From assembly GCA_934467415.1 (NCBI GenBank), contig CAKSLQ010000010.1:9101-73100 (forward strand): a stretch of 64,000 nucleotides of DNA, given 5' to 3'. Position numbers and translations under genes: made by a program. The DNA is from an uncultured Eubacteriales bacterium. Its GTDB lineage: Bacteria > Bacillota > Clostridia > Oscillospirales > CAG-272. This document shows positions 45,744 to 59,603 of this stretch, in pieces. The notes below the pieces were generated by a model, which worked only from the letters and a program-made list of their open reading frames with translations, was not told where the DNA came from and made no database searches. Every line of letters starts with the position of its first letter. Positions within the stretch are counted from its first letter, which is position 1.

Positions 45744-46106
45744 ATGAAAGTAAGTATGAAGAAACTGTTTGCCCTGCTCGTATGCGCCGCGCTCGCCTTT
45801 GCGATGTGCGTCTGCGTGTTTGCCGATGCAGCCGTCCCCGCAGACGGCGGCACCGAAGTGACCGGGACCGCCGAGGCTTCCTCCGCGGGCAGCAAGGCGT
45901 ATGCCGCCGCCGTCTGCGTCGGCCTTGCCGCCGCGGCGGGCGCGGTCGCCATGGGCATCGCCATCGCCAAGTCGGCGGAGGGCATCTCCCGCCAGCCCGA
46001 GGCGGCGGACAAGATCCGCGCGGGGATGATGCTCGGCCTCGTCTTCATCGAGACCGCGATCATCTATGCGCTGATCGTGGCGATCCTCATCATCTTTGTT
46101 CTGTAA
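45744..46106 (+). CDS. atpE: F-type ATP synthase subunit c with an approximately 45-aa signal-peptide-like N-terminal extension
   Basis: C-terminal 75 aa form a canonical c hairpin (..GIAIAKSAEGISRQPEAADKIRAGMMLGLVFIETAIIYALIVAILIIF). ATG 45744 lies 7 nt after GGAGG. Confidence 0.85.
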   Translation: MKVSMKKLFALLVCAALAFAMCVCVFADAAVPADGGTEVTGTAEASSAGSKAYAAAVCVGLAAAAGAVAMGIAIAKSAEGISRQPEAADKIRAGMMLGLVFIETAIIYALIVAILIIFVL

Positions 46107-46118
46107 GGAGGGCGCGGA

Positions 46119-46572
46119 ATGGGTGTCCCGCTGAATATTGACTGGCAGCAGATCCTGCTCCACCTGTTCAACTTTGTATTGCTGGCGGGCGGACTGTATT
46201 TTCTGCTGTACGCGCCGGTGCGGAACTTCATGGAGAAGCGCACGGGCGACATCGCGGCAAAGGAAAAGGCCGCCGCCGAGAAGGAGACAAGTGCGGCCGC
46301 CCTCGAGGCGGAATACAGCCGCCGGCTGGACGAGGCGAAGGCGGAGGCGGAGAAGACCCGCGCCGCCGCCGTGACTGAGGCCGAGAAGGAGGCGTCCGCC
46401 ATCCTCGCCGACGCCAAGCGGCAGAAGGAGCGGATTCTTGCCGACGCGCGCGACGCGGCGGCGCATGAAAAGGAAAGAATGATCGAGGACGCGCGCGGCG
46501 AGATCGCAAACCTGGCGGTGGAGGCCACCGCAAAGCTGCTGCGCGAGCATGAAGCGACAGAGGAGGCGCGCC

Positions 46573-46580
<8 letters not shown>
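46119..46580 (+). CDS. atpF: F-type ATP synthase subunit b
   Basis: One N-terminal TM ([20 protein letters not shown]), then a long charged helix. AAGGAGG SD. Confidence 0.85.
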
Positions 46581-48138
<1,558 letters not shown>

Positions 48139-48145
48139 GAGACAC

Positions 48146-50878
<2,733 letters not shown>

Positions 50879-50934
50879 CACCGGGCGAAGCCGCAGCGAC
50901 GGCCTCGTTTTTCGACACCGGGGTGAAAACTTGC

Positions 50935-50977
50935 GCCGTATCCGTCATTTTTGACGAATGCGGCGTCGTTTTTTTGT
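50935..50977 (+). terminator. Probable atp operon terminator (a second hairpin follows at 50996..51029)
   Basis: Imperfect stem gccgtatccgtc / gacgaatgcggc followed by T7. Then aaaagcgggattc..gaatcccgctttt. Confidence 0.55.
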
Positions 50978-51080
50978 GAACTTTTCTACGTCCGAAAAAG
51001 CGGGATTCTCTTGCGGGAATCCCGCTTTTCCTGTATAATTATATTTGTAAACAGAATCACTGAAGTATTTTGAGGTAGCA

Positions 51081-51851
51081 ATGAAAAAGGGAATCCAACC
51101 GAGCGGCATGATCACGCGCAGAAAGATCCTGTCCGTGTCGATGAAACTGTTTTTGGAAAAGGGCTATGAGGGGACGACCGCCAAGGAGGTCGCCGACATG
51201 GCGGGCATTATCAGCGGCTCGCCGTTTTTCCAGTTCGGCAACAAGGAGGGCGTGCTGCTCGACCTTGTAAGGCAGATGTTTGACGGGCAGTTTGCCACGG
51301 CGGATGCCCTCGCCGGGAAAAACGCCGACCCGCTGCTCGTCTACGCGCTGGAGACTGCGCTTCAGCTGCACATCGCCGAGATGAGCGATCCGCTGCGCGA
51401 GCTTTATGTCACGGCATACACGCTGCCGCGCACCGCCGCATACATATACGAGAACATGACCGACAAGATCGAGGCCATCTTTTCGCCCTATCTTGCCGGA
51501 TCGGAGAAGAACGATTTCTACGAGCTGGAGATTGCGGCCGCCGGCGTCATGCGCGGCTTCATGGCGCGGCACTGCGACCTGTATTTCACCATCGAGCGCA
51601 AGATCATGCGCTGTGTGTCCTGCTGCTTCAAGCTGTACGAAGTGCCGCCGGAGCGCTACATGCCGGCACTGCGGCAGGCGCTGACGGTCGATCTCGCGGC
51701 AGTGGCCCGCATGATGGTGGACAAAACCGTGCGTGAGGCGGAGGCCGACGTGGAGGCCGCGCTGGCCGTGCCGCGTCCGGAACGCCGCGCAAAGGCGAAG
51801 GATGAATCCGCCGCCGATACACCCGAAGAAAAAGAAGAAAAAGAAGAATAA
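51081..51851 (+). CDS. TetR/AcrR-family transcriptional regulator with an acidic/lysine-rich C-terminal tail
   Basis: HTH ILSVSMKLFLEKGYEGTTAKEVADMAGIISGSPFFQFGNKEGVL. Tail ..AKAKDESAADTPEEKEEKEE. Confidence 0.85.
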   Translation: MKKGIQPSGMITRRKILSVSMKLFLEKGYEGTTAKEVADMAGIISGSPFFQFGNKEGVLLDLVRQMFDGQFATADALAGKNADPLLVYALETALQLHIAEMSDPLRELYVTAYTLPRTAAYIYENMTDKIEAIFSPYLAGSEKNDFYELEIAAAGVMRGFMARHCDLYFTIERKIMRCVSCCFKLYEVPPERYMPALRQALTVDLAAVARMMVDKTVREAEADVEAALAVPRPERRAKAKDESAADTPEEKEEKEE

Positions 51852-51871
51852 ATTCCCTCGGCAACAGACGG

Positions 51872-51900
51872 AAAACCGCGTTTTCCGTCTGCCTTTCGAT
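51872..51900 (+). terminator. Hairpin between the TetR gene and the giant gene, with no T-run (leaky terminator or processing site)
   Basis: cagacggaaaac cgc gttttccgtctg followed by cctttcg. No promoter-like AT-rich motif before ATG 51965. Confidence 0.4.
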
Positions 51901-51964
51901 GCAGCGCCGTTCCCTTGGTGGCGGGGAACGGTCAGACGGCGCCACACAACATCGGGAGACATTT

Positions 51965-54900
51965 ATGAAAACATGGGCAAAAAGGCTGCTGTCAGCCTGG
52001 ACGGCGATCTGCATCCTTGCGGGGCTGCTTCCGGCGGCGGCGATCCCCGCGGCGGCAGCGCCCGCGGCGGTGGTATACGACCGCGCCGCGCCGGAGGCTG
52101 CGATTCTCAATGCCAACACCGGGTACGACGCGGGCTTCTACGAGAAGCTCAAGCTGAATTACGGCAAGGAAGGCTGTGACTATGCCGCCTATTACAACGG
52201 CATCGGGCTTTTCAACGGCGGCAAGTACCCGAAGACGGATTACCACACGCGCGTGACGGACGACGACACGGGCGTTGCGGGCGGCCGCCTCTACTACAAG
52301 GGAGACAGCGCGGCGTGGGGCTCGAGCACGCTGCACAGCGTGGGCGTCGTGCGGCAGAACCTCGCCGCCAACCTGTCGGCCACACTCTACAACCGCGTGC
52401 ATTCGCACAAGTGCGGCGTCTTCAAGTCGCAGGACGTGCTGGCGTTTGAGACGGTGCAGCTCTTCCTCGGCAACACCTGGGTGAGCGACATTTACGGCAG
52501 CGCGGCGGGCATGTCGGCAAAGTACCCCCGCCTCGGCGACTATACGCAGCTGGACGACCCGTATACCATGCTGGATTATACGAAGTCCTTCAATGCGTTT
52601 CTTCAGTTCAAGAAGTCGTCTGTGACCTATGAAAAGGGCGTCTGCACCTGCGGCGGCGCGTATGCCGAGAACATGCTCGTCACCTTCCGCGACGGGCGCG
52701 CGCCTGCGATTGAAAGCGTATATTTCAGCGTGGACGGCGGGACGGAGCAGCGCAGCACCCGCCGGATGTATGTCGGCGCGGGACAGACGCTGACGATCCG
52801 CCTGCACTTTGACGAGCCGATCCGCTTTGCGGACGACAGCGCGGCGCACGGCGACCTTGCGCTCACGCTCCGTGTCCGCGGCGTCACGGGCGACGAGCTG
52901 AACCCGAAGGCGACGCTGACGAAGCTCGCGGGCAGCGACCTGTACTTTACCTATACCGTCGCCGGGGGCGCGGGCGCGCTCGACGTGCTGGAGCTCGGCC
53001 TCGACAGCCTCTACGGCAAGGACCTGCCGCTTGTGCAGGTGATTGACGACAAGTCCTTCACCCTGACCGAGACGGCGAAAAACGGCGACAAGACCGGCTT
53101 CTCCGTGACGAGCGCCTACATCACCGACCTTGCGGGCAACCCGATCACGGCCAAGCGGTACAACTGCGACCTGCGCATCGACACCGAGGCGCCCATGGTC
53201 GAGCGCTTTGTCTTCACCGGGCAGACGGGCAACGACGCCGTCAAGGCGGCGCTCGGCAAGACCGACCCGACGAGCGCACTCTATCCCGACGCCAGCGACG
53301 AATACCTCGGCGAGGGCGACAGCCTGGAGATCACCGCGATCTTTGACGAGGTGATCGACCTGCCGGGCGGCTCGAAATACTGGCCGAACGCGGTTGCCGT
53401 CACCAACATCATCGTGGACGGCGAGCTTGACCGCACGCTCGGCGGGCAGACGGTCACCGGGCTCGGCACACGCGAGATCGACGGTGTCAACTATCTGACC
53501 GTCGATTCGATCATCTCGAACCGGACCGAGGACGGCGCAAACCTTGTGTTTTCGACGATCCCGATCCATGCCAATCTCCGTGCCGCCGATGCGGACGGCG
53601 CGATCCGCGTGACCGCGATCGAAGCCAAGAGCGGGTATGCGCTCCGCGACCTCGCGGGCAACCTGTACGCGGACGGCATCGCGGCAAACGCCAATTCCAA
53701 TCCCTATAAGCTCGACGTCACCCCGCCCACGGTCGAGGGCGTCACCTATACGAAGGTGGGCGACGGCTTCCGCTACGGCTTCACGATCGCGGACGACGCC
53801 TCGGGTGCGGCGGGGATCCCCGGCCGCTTTGTGCTGAACAACGGCGGCGACGGCACGGCCTATCCGTATGAATATGTACTCAGCGCCGAGCCGGGAACCC
53901 CGACGGCGGGGTGGACGCGCGTCGCTGCCGGCACGGCGGTGGATTTCACGCAGGCGGAATGCCCGCCGTCCCCCGCCGAGGCGGTGTACAACTACCTGTT
54001 TGTCCGTCCCGTGACGGACGGAGACTATGCAGACTTCTCGGGCGTGACGCTCACCGTCCGCGCCGCGGACTATGCGGGCAATGTGGGCGAAACCCTGCTG
54101 CCCGCATCCGGCGCGTTTGACTTTGCGGTGGACGGCATCGCCCCGACGGCAAAGGCGGGCGCGGTCTCGCGCACCCTCTCCGGTGCGACGGGCACGCTGA
54201 CGGTGGAGGTCACCCTCGCCGACAAGAGCGGCGTTGCCGCATGGCAGTATTCGACCGACGGCGGCGCGAGCTGGCAGGACGGCGACATCACCGGCACGCC
54301 GACCACCTTCGTCGGCAAGGCGTCTTTTACGGCGGCGGACGGCGAGAGCGTCACGCGGACGATCCTCGTCCGTGCGACCGACACGGCAGGCAATGTCTCC
54401 GATGACCTGAACATCGGCAGTTTTACCTACGATCTCTCAAAGGCGCAGTATGCGCTGCATTCCACCGAGGCGGTCACTGCCAGAGCGAAATTGCAGCTGA
54501 CCGAGATCTCCGCGCGCGATACGGTGGTTGTGGCGGTGCCGATCCCCGCGGACGTCTCGGGCGCTGCCGACACCTACGCGGTGCTTACGCTGACCGACTG
54601 GGATCGGGACAAGGTCGTGAGCAACGGAAAAAATCTGTTTGATTACCCCTATACGGCTGCAAACGGCTGGTACTACATGACCGTGACCGCCGTGGACGAG
54701 GGCAACATCCGCTATCGCTTTGACGCGGACGCGGACACCCGCACGGACGAGGGCTGGTACATGCCGAAGAAGATGTACGAGCTGGATACGGAAAGCGCCG
54801 TCTACAAGTGGTGGAGCAAGGTCATCTACGGCGGCTACAGCGGCAGCCTCGAGGTGCTGGTCATCGCGGGTGCGAAGACCTCCTTCACGCGCTTTGCATC

Positions 54901-57900
54901 GCAGGCGGGCGTCGTCATGGACACGCTGTACGCGGTGAAGGTCGCGGGCAGCGACAGCGGCACGGTCTCCACGGAGCGCATTCGGCTGCGCACGCTGGCC
55001 GAGATTGCGACGGAGCCGTACGCGGGCGCATCGCTCACGGCGGTCACCGCGGGGCTGACCAATGCGGTCACGGGCTGGCCGTGGAGCACTTCGAGCGGCA
55101 CGGTTCCCGCCACGCTCGAGGGCGTGCAGCTTCGCCTCACGCTGGAGCGCGACAGCTACGGCTACAATTATGAAAATATTGATACCGACCGCAGCTACCT
55201 GCGCATCCGGCACAGAGAACTGACCGGCATCCAGTTTAACTATGACTATGAATACCGCGTGCCGCTTGCCGCGCTGAAGCCGGCGGCGGACGGCAGCGCC
55301 GTGCAGATCATCACGATCCCCGCCGCGGCGCAGGCGGCGTATGACGGCGCGCCGACGACCTACGGGACCGGCGGCTATGAGCTGTCTGTGCGGCTTGCCC
55401 GCCGCTCGGGGGACAGCGTTGACACGGTTTACTTCGACGGACTTGTCGAGGTGGACGCGACCATGCCGATCACCAACCGCGGCTTCCTCTCCTTCCGCGC
55501 AAATCCCGTGGCCGACCGCTTCGGCGCGCAGTACAACTACTGGGATGCCGTTGAGTGCCTCCGCGACGGCGTTGTCTACCTGCCCACGGCGGGGATTGAC
55601 AGCTACGACTTCGCGGTCGGCGTCTACAGCGACAGCAGCGAGGACACAGACGGAAATGTGACCTACAGCGGGCTCGATATGGAGAGCATCGGCGTCGGCT
55701 ATGCGGCAAACCCGGAGGTCGTCGTACAGGCGGGCGTGTTCACTACGGTCATCTGGAACACCGAGAGCGGCTATGCGGACCACAAGGTCGAGCTGCGCCA
55801 GTACGACCGCGATCAGAGCGTCTTCGACACCGAGAAGTCGCCCGGCATCGACAATCTGTACCGGGTCGAGGTTTCGGCGCTGCCTGCATCGCCCGAGACG
55901 TATACGCTTTACCTCAAAGAGGGCGTTGACAACCGCATTGCGATCCAGCAGGTGTATGCCAACGGCCGCCGCGGCGACATCGTGTACCGCACGATCCATC
56001 CGATCGGCGGGGACTACACGGGCAGCCTCCGTGCCGACACGGCAAACGGCGGCGAGCTGATCTTCACGCCGGATGAAAGCAACACCTATACCGGGCTTGT
56101 GCGGGTCTTTGCGGGCGTGCAGACGACGGACGGACAGAAGTACCGCACCGAAATGACCGCGCAGGCGGACGGCACCTACCGGATGCCGCTCGTCGCCCGC
56201 GAGACCGGCGGCGCGACCTACACCGTCACCGCCGAGGACGACTGCGGCAACCTCTTCATGGCGGCGGGCGACGCGCCCGTGCGGTGGACGCAGAAGGCGC
56301 CTGTGCCGGACATCGGCATCTCTGACCGCGGCGACGGCATGTATACCGTCGGCGGGCATATCTACGACCCCTCCGGCGCATACACGATCCGCCTCGAATT
56401 TGACGAGGCGTATGCGGCAAACTTGCCCGAGCGCAGCCTCACGGTGCACATCGCGGAGGATGCGTCCAACGACTTCACCTTCACCGCACTCGGCGGCACG
56501 GGCGTCTACCGCGTCGAGACAAGCTACACGACGGACAGAACCATGCTGAACTTCTATCTGTACGGCGTGGCGCTCGCCGGTACAAACGGCTTCACGGCGA
56601 CGGTGTCCATGACCGACGCATACGGCTATACCGGCGCGGGCAGCGATACCTGCAGCATTGTCGGCGTCGAGCCGCAGTTTGAAAACTTCAGCTTCGAACG
56701 TGGGAACACCGTCTTCAACCAGCCCGTGCGCCCGGCGGACTCCTTCATCTGGCAGAGCGGCGACAGCTTCGGCAAGAGCGAGGTTTTCCCGTATCCGTAT
56801 GACGCCTTTGTCTCCCGCGAGTGGGAGGGCGCGTTTACCATCACCGAAAACGGCACGCAGGAGATCGAATACTACGATGTCTTCGGCAGACTGTATACCG
56901 CGGCGGTCGATGTCGGCACGGCGTTCTATTATGCCGGCGAGGATGAGAGCATCCACATCGAGTTCTCCGAGACCGGGCTGACCGGCGAGGCGATCACGCT
57001 GACGACGGCGGCCGCCGAGGGGACGCTCCTGGTCTTTGAGAAGACCGGGGCGGGCACCTATGTGCCGCTTGCCCCCATCGAGGGCGACGCGCGCACGGCA
57101 ACACTGGTGCGCCGCACCGTCATCCGTGAGAATGCAGAACTGTATGTCTGCCGCTACGACATCGGCGACGAGCCGAAGCCCGATGCGGTCTCCGGCATTT
57201 CGGGCGCTTCGCACATCGTGCGCGTCTACATCACCAACATCGTAAAGGGCGCGCCGCAGGCGACCGTCTACTACTACCTCGAGGCGGCGGGCCGCGAGTT
57301 TACCGCAGAGGCGCTTGCAGCCTACATCGCGGAGCACGGCGAGGGCGGCGTCTTTGAGAGCCGCGGCGCCGTCACCGCACGCTATGTCACCTCCCGCACC
57401 GTCACCCCGACGGCGGGCGGCAGCGAATACACCTTCGCCGCGGGCGAAACGTCGCACACCTTTGCCTATGTCGATGATTTCGGTCATGCGGGCAGCGTCA
57501 CGGCGGCGCTCCCGGCGGGGCTGGTCATCACCGGGCTGCCGAAACCCTATGTCGATACTGAGGCCCCCGAGGTTGCGGTGGACATCTACGCAAAGCGCGC
57601 AGGCATCCTCAGCCGTGCGGAGGCTTTCCGCGCAGGTGACGCGGCGGCGGACATTGCCGCAAAGTTTGCCGATGTCGGCGAGGTGCAGGGCTACAGCCTG
57701 CGGCTGAACATCAGCGACAAGTCGATGCCCTGCACGGTCGCCGTCACGGCGGCGGCAGGCGTCACCCTCTTCGGCAATGTGCTGACCGTGGATCGCGCGG
57801 CGGACTTCACCGTCACCGTGACCGACGCGGCCGGCAATGCGACAACACTCACGTTCACGGCGGGGATGCTTGCGCACATCGACAACATCGCGCCGACGGC

Positions 57901-59590
57901 CGAGACCGAGATCGTCACGTCCGGCCTGTACACGCGCGACGGCTATGTCCGTCCCTATGACGTCGATGCCTCCGGCGCGGAACGCGCGGGCGCGGCTGTC
58001 GAGTGGCAGCTGCCCGCCGATGCCGTGGCCGAGCTGCGCGCCGACGGCAAGATGTGGTACCGCGTCCGCTTCTCCGACAACGGCCGGGTGACCTGCGTCT
58101 TCCGCGACACGGCGGGGAACTACGGCGAGGTTGAGCTTACCGTCTCGGACATCGACACCCGCACTCCCACACTTCGGGAGACCTGGTCGCCCGCCTATGC
58201 CTACACCGAGGGCGGCGAGGTGAAATACGACGAGACCCGTCCGACCGCAGGGCCGACCGGGAGCAGCGTCAGCCTGCATCTCGACAGCGATATGCCGCTG
58301 TCAAACGTGATGATCACGACAACGGGCGGCTATCCCGTGCTGTTTACGCCGGGCGACGGCACACAGTATGTGGACGCGAGCGTTTCGGTCTTCGTCACCG
58401 ACACGCGCATCACCGTGACCTATTCCGAAAACTACGGCGGTGAGCTCACCGTCACGGCCGTGGCGGGCAACGGGCGCAAAGCCACCCGCGTGCTCGGCGG
58501 CCTCGTCGGCGTCATCGACAGGGATGCGCCCATCATCACCGAGCAGCGCGAGCCGCTCTTCCGCACCGGCTCGAGGCTGCCTTACGGCTATCGGATCACG
58601 CTCACGCCGGATGAAGCGGCCTTCTGCCAGAATTACGGCACGCCCGGCGTCACGCTGTCGCCGAATGTACCGCTCGTCTATGAGGTAACGGCAAACGAGA
58701 CGCGCAATCTCCGCTTTGCGGACCGCGCGGGCAATCTCACCGCCGTGACCGTGACGGTCGATGACCTCGACCGCACGCCGCCCGTGCTCACCGTCACCTA
58801 TCCGGGCGGGGACGCCGCCGTCCTCGAGCTGCCGACCTCCGGCAGCGTCAGCATTACCGTCAAGGCCGACGAGGCCTGCACGCTGACGGTATGCGGCAGA
58901 GATTACGCGCTGGCAAAGGACGTCGAAGAGACGGTGTCCTTCACCGAGAACGGCACGTTCACGATGACGGCCGTCGATGCGGCGGGCAACCGCACCTCCT
59001 ACACGCTCACCGTCTCGGGCATCGACCATACGCTGCCCACCATCAGCTTTGATACGAACACCGTCTTTGTCCGGGCCGACGTGCCCGCCGATGACCTGCG
59101 TGTCCTGCTGGAGAGCGGCTATACCGTATGGGACAACGTCACGGTCCCCGGTTACCCCAGAGTGGACTATGACCTCTCGGGCGTCGATCTCGGCGCAGGC
59201 GGGCTGTACGAGGTCCCCTACACTGTCACCGACGCGGCGGGCAACACGCTCGATGCGCTGCGCTTCGTGCGCGTCATCGGGGATGACACGCTCTGCCTCA
59301 CGGTGGACGGCACGCCGGTTCTCCCCGGCGGCACGGCCGTGCTCGCCGCGGGCGATCACACGCTCACGGTCGAGAATCTGCCGGAGATTGAGCCGGGCAT
59401 CTGCGAACCCTACTATATCCACGCCCGCCGCGGCATCTATGCCGCAGGGCAGCTGAAGTATCGTTCCGACGGCTCGCTCGCCGTTGCGTCGGACGGCAGC
59501 TTCACGGTCGCCGAGGCAGGGTATTACACCCTCATCCTCACCACGCAAAGCAGGCAGACGATCCGCGTTCTGCTCTATGTTGAGAATTAA
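51965..59590 (+). CDS. Giant secreted protein (2541 aa) built of HYR/Ig-like modules, with a DUF5011-like module near the C-terminus
   Basis: ATG 51965 lies 6 nt after GGGAGA. Signal peptide ..LLPAAAIPAAAAPAA. About 10 module boundaries of the form D-x-AGN...D-x-x-x-P (DTEAPMVERF, DVTPPTVEG, DGIAPTAKAG, DTEAPEVAV, DNIAPTAET, DTRTPTLRE, DRDAPIITE, DRTPPVLTV, DHTLPTISF). No SLH, LPXTG or TM anchor seen. Confidence 0.8.
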   Translation: MKTWAKRLLSAWTAICILAGLLPAAAIPAAAAPAAVVYDRAAPEAAILNANTGYDAGFYEKLKLNYGKEGCDYAAYYNGIGLFNGGKYPKTDYHTRVTDDDTGVAGGRLYYKGDSAAWGSSTLHSVGVVRQNLAANLSATLYNRVHSHKCGVFKSQDVLAFETVQLFLGNTWVSDIYGSAAGMSAKYPRLGDYTQLDDPYTMLDYTKSFNAFLQFKKSSVTYEKGVCTCGGAYAENMLVTFRDGRAPAIESVYFSVDGGTEQRSTRRMYVGAGQTLTIRLHFDEPIRFADDSAAHGDLALTLRVRGVTGDELNPKATLTKLAGSDLYFTYTVAGGAGALDVLELGLDSLYGKDLPLVQVIDDKSFTLTETAKNGDKTGFSVTSAYITDLAGNPITAKRYNCDLRIDTEAPMVERFVFTGQTGNDAVKAALGKTDPTSALYPDASDEYLGEGDSLEITAIFDEVIDLPGGSKYWPNAVAVTNIIVDGELDRTLGGQTVTGLGTREIDGVNYLTVDSIISNRTEDGANLVFSTIPIHANLRAADADGAIRVTAIEAKSGYALRDLAGNLYADGIAANANSNPYKLDVTPPTVEGVTYTKVGDGFRYGFTIADDASGAAGIPGRFVLNNGGDGTAYPYEYVLSAEPGTPTAGWTRVAAGTAVDFTQAECPPSPAEAVYNYLFVRPVTDGDYADFSGVTLTVRAADYAGNVGETLLPASGAFDFAVDGIAPTAKAGAVSRTLSGATGTLTVEVTLADKSGVAAWQYSTDGGASWQDGDITGTPTTFVGKASFTAADGESVTRTILVRATDTAGNVSDDLNIGSFTYDLSKAQYALHSTEAVTARAKLQLTEISARDTVVVAVPIPADVSGAADTYAVLTLTDWDRDKVVSNGKNLFDYPYTAANGWYYMTVTAVDEGNIRYRFDADADTRTDEGWYMPKKMYELDTESAVYKWWSKVIYGGYSGSLEVLVIAGAKTSFTRFASQAGVVMDTLYAVKVAGSDSGTVSTERIRLRTLAEIATEPYAGASLTAVTAGLTNAVTGWPWSTSSGTVPATLEGVQLRLTLERDSYGYNYENIDTDRSYLRIRHRELTGIQFNYDYEYRVPLAALKPAADGSAVQIITIPAAAQAAYDGAPTTYGTGGYELSVRLARRSGDSVDTVYFDGLVEVDATMPITNRGFLSFRANPVADRFGAQYNYWDAVECLRDGVVYLPTAGIDSYDFAVGVYSDSSEDTDGNVTYSGLDMESIGVGYAANPEVVVQAGVFTTVIWNTESGYADHKVELRQYDRDQSVFDTEKSPGIDNLYRVEVSALPASPETYTLYLKEGVDNRIAIQQVYANGRRGDIVYRTIHPIGGDYTGSLRADTANGGELIFTPDESNTYTGLVRVFAGVQTTDGQKYRTEMTAQADGTYRMPLVARETGGATYTVTAEDDCGNLFMAAGDAPVRWTQKAPVPDIGISDRGDGMYTVGGHIYDPSGAYTIRLEFDEAYAANLPERSLTVHIAEDASNDFTFTALGGTGVYRVETSYTTDRTMLNFYLYGVALAGTNGFTATVSMTDAYGYTGAGSDTCSIVGVEPQFENFSFERGNTVFNQPVRPADSFIWQSGDSFGKSEVFPYPYDAFVSREWEGAFTITENGTQEIEYYDVFGRLYTAAVDVGTAFYYAGEDESIHIEFSETGLTGEAITLTTAAAEGTLLVFEKTGAGTYVPLAPIEGDARTATLVRRTVIRENAELYVCRYDIGDEPKPDAVSGISGASHIVRVYITNIVKGAPQATVYYYLEAAGREFTAEALAAYIAEHGEGGVFESRGAVTARYVTSRTVTPTAGGSEYTFAAGETSHTFAYVDDFGHAGSVTAALPAGLVITGLPKPYVDTEAPEVAVDIYAKRAGILSRAEAFRAGDAAADIAAKFADVGEVQGYSLRLNISDKSMPCTVAVTAAAGVTLFGNVLTVDRAADFTVTVTDAAGNATTLTFTAGMLAHIDNIAPTAETEIVTSGLYTRDGYVRPYDVDASGAERAGAAVEWQLPADAVAELRADGKMWYRVRFSDNGRVTCVFRDTAGNYGEVELTVSDIDTRTPTLRETWSPAYAYTEGGEVKYDETRPTAGPTGSSVSLHLDSDMPLSNVMITTTGGYPVLFTPGDGTQYVDASVSVFVTDTRITVTYSENYGGELTVTAVAGNGRKATRVLGGLVGVIDRDAPIITEQREPLFRTGSRLPYGYRITLTPDEAAFCQNYGTPGVTLSPNVPLVYEVTANETRNLRFADRAGNLTAVTVTVDDLDRTPPVLTVTYPGGDAAVLELPTSGSVSITVKADEACTLTVCGRDYALAKDVEETVSFTENGTFTMTAVDAAGNRTSYTLTVSGIDHTLPTISFDTNTVFVRADVPADDLRVLLESGYTVWDNVTVPGYPRVDYDLSGVDLGAGGLYEVPYTVTDAAGNTLDALRFVRVIGDDTLCLTVDGTPVLPGGTAVLAAGDHTLTVENLPEIEPGICEPYYIHARRGIYAAGQLKYRSDGSLAVASDGSFTVAEAGYYTLILTTQSRQTIRVLLYVEN

Positions 59591-59603
59591 CGGAGGCGCA
59601 TCC

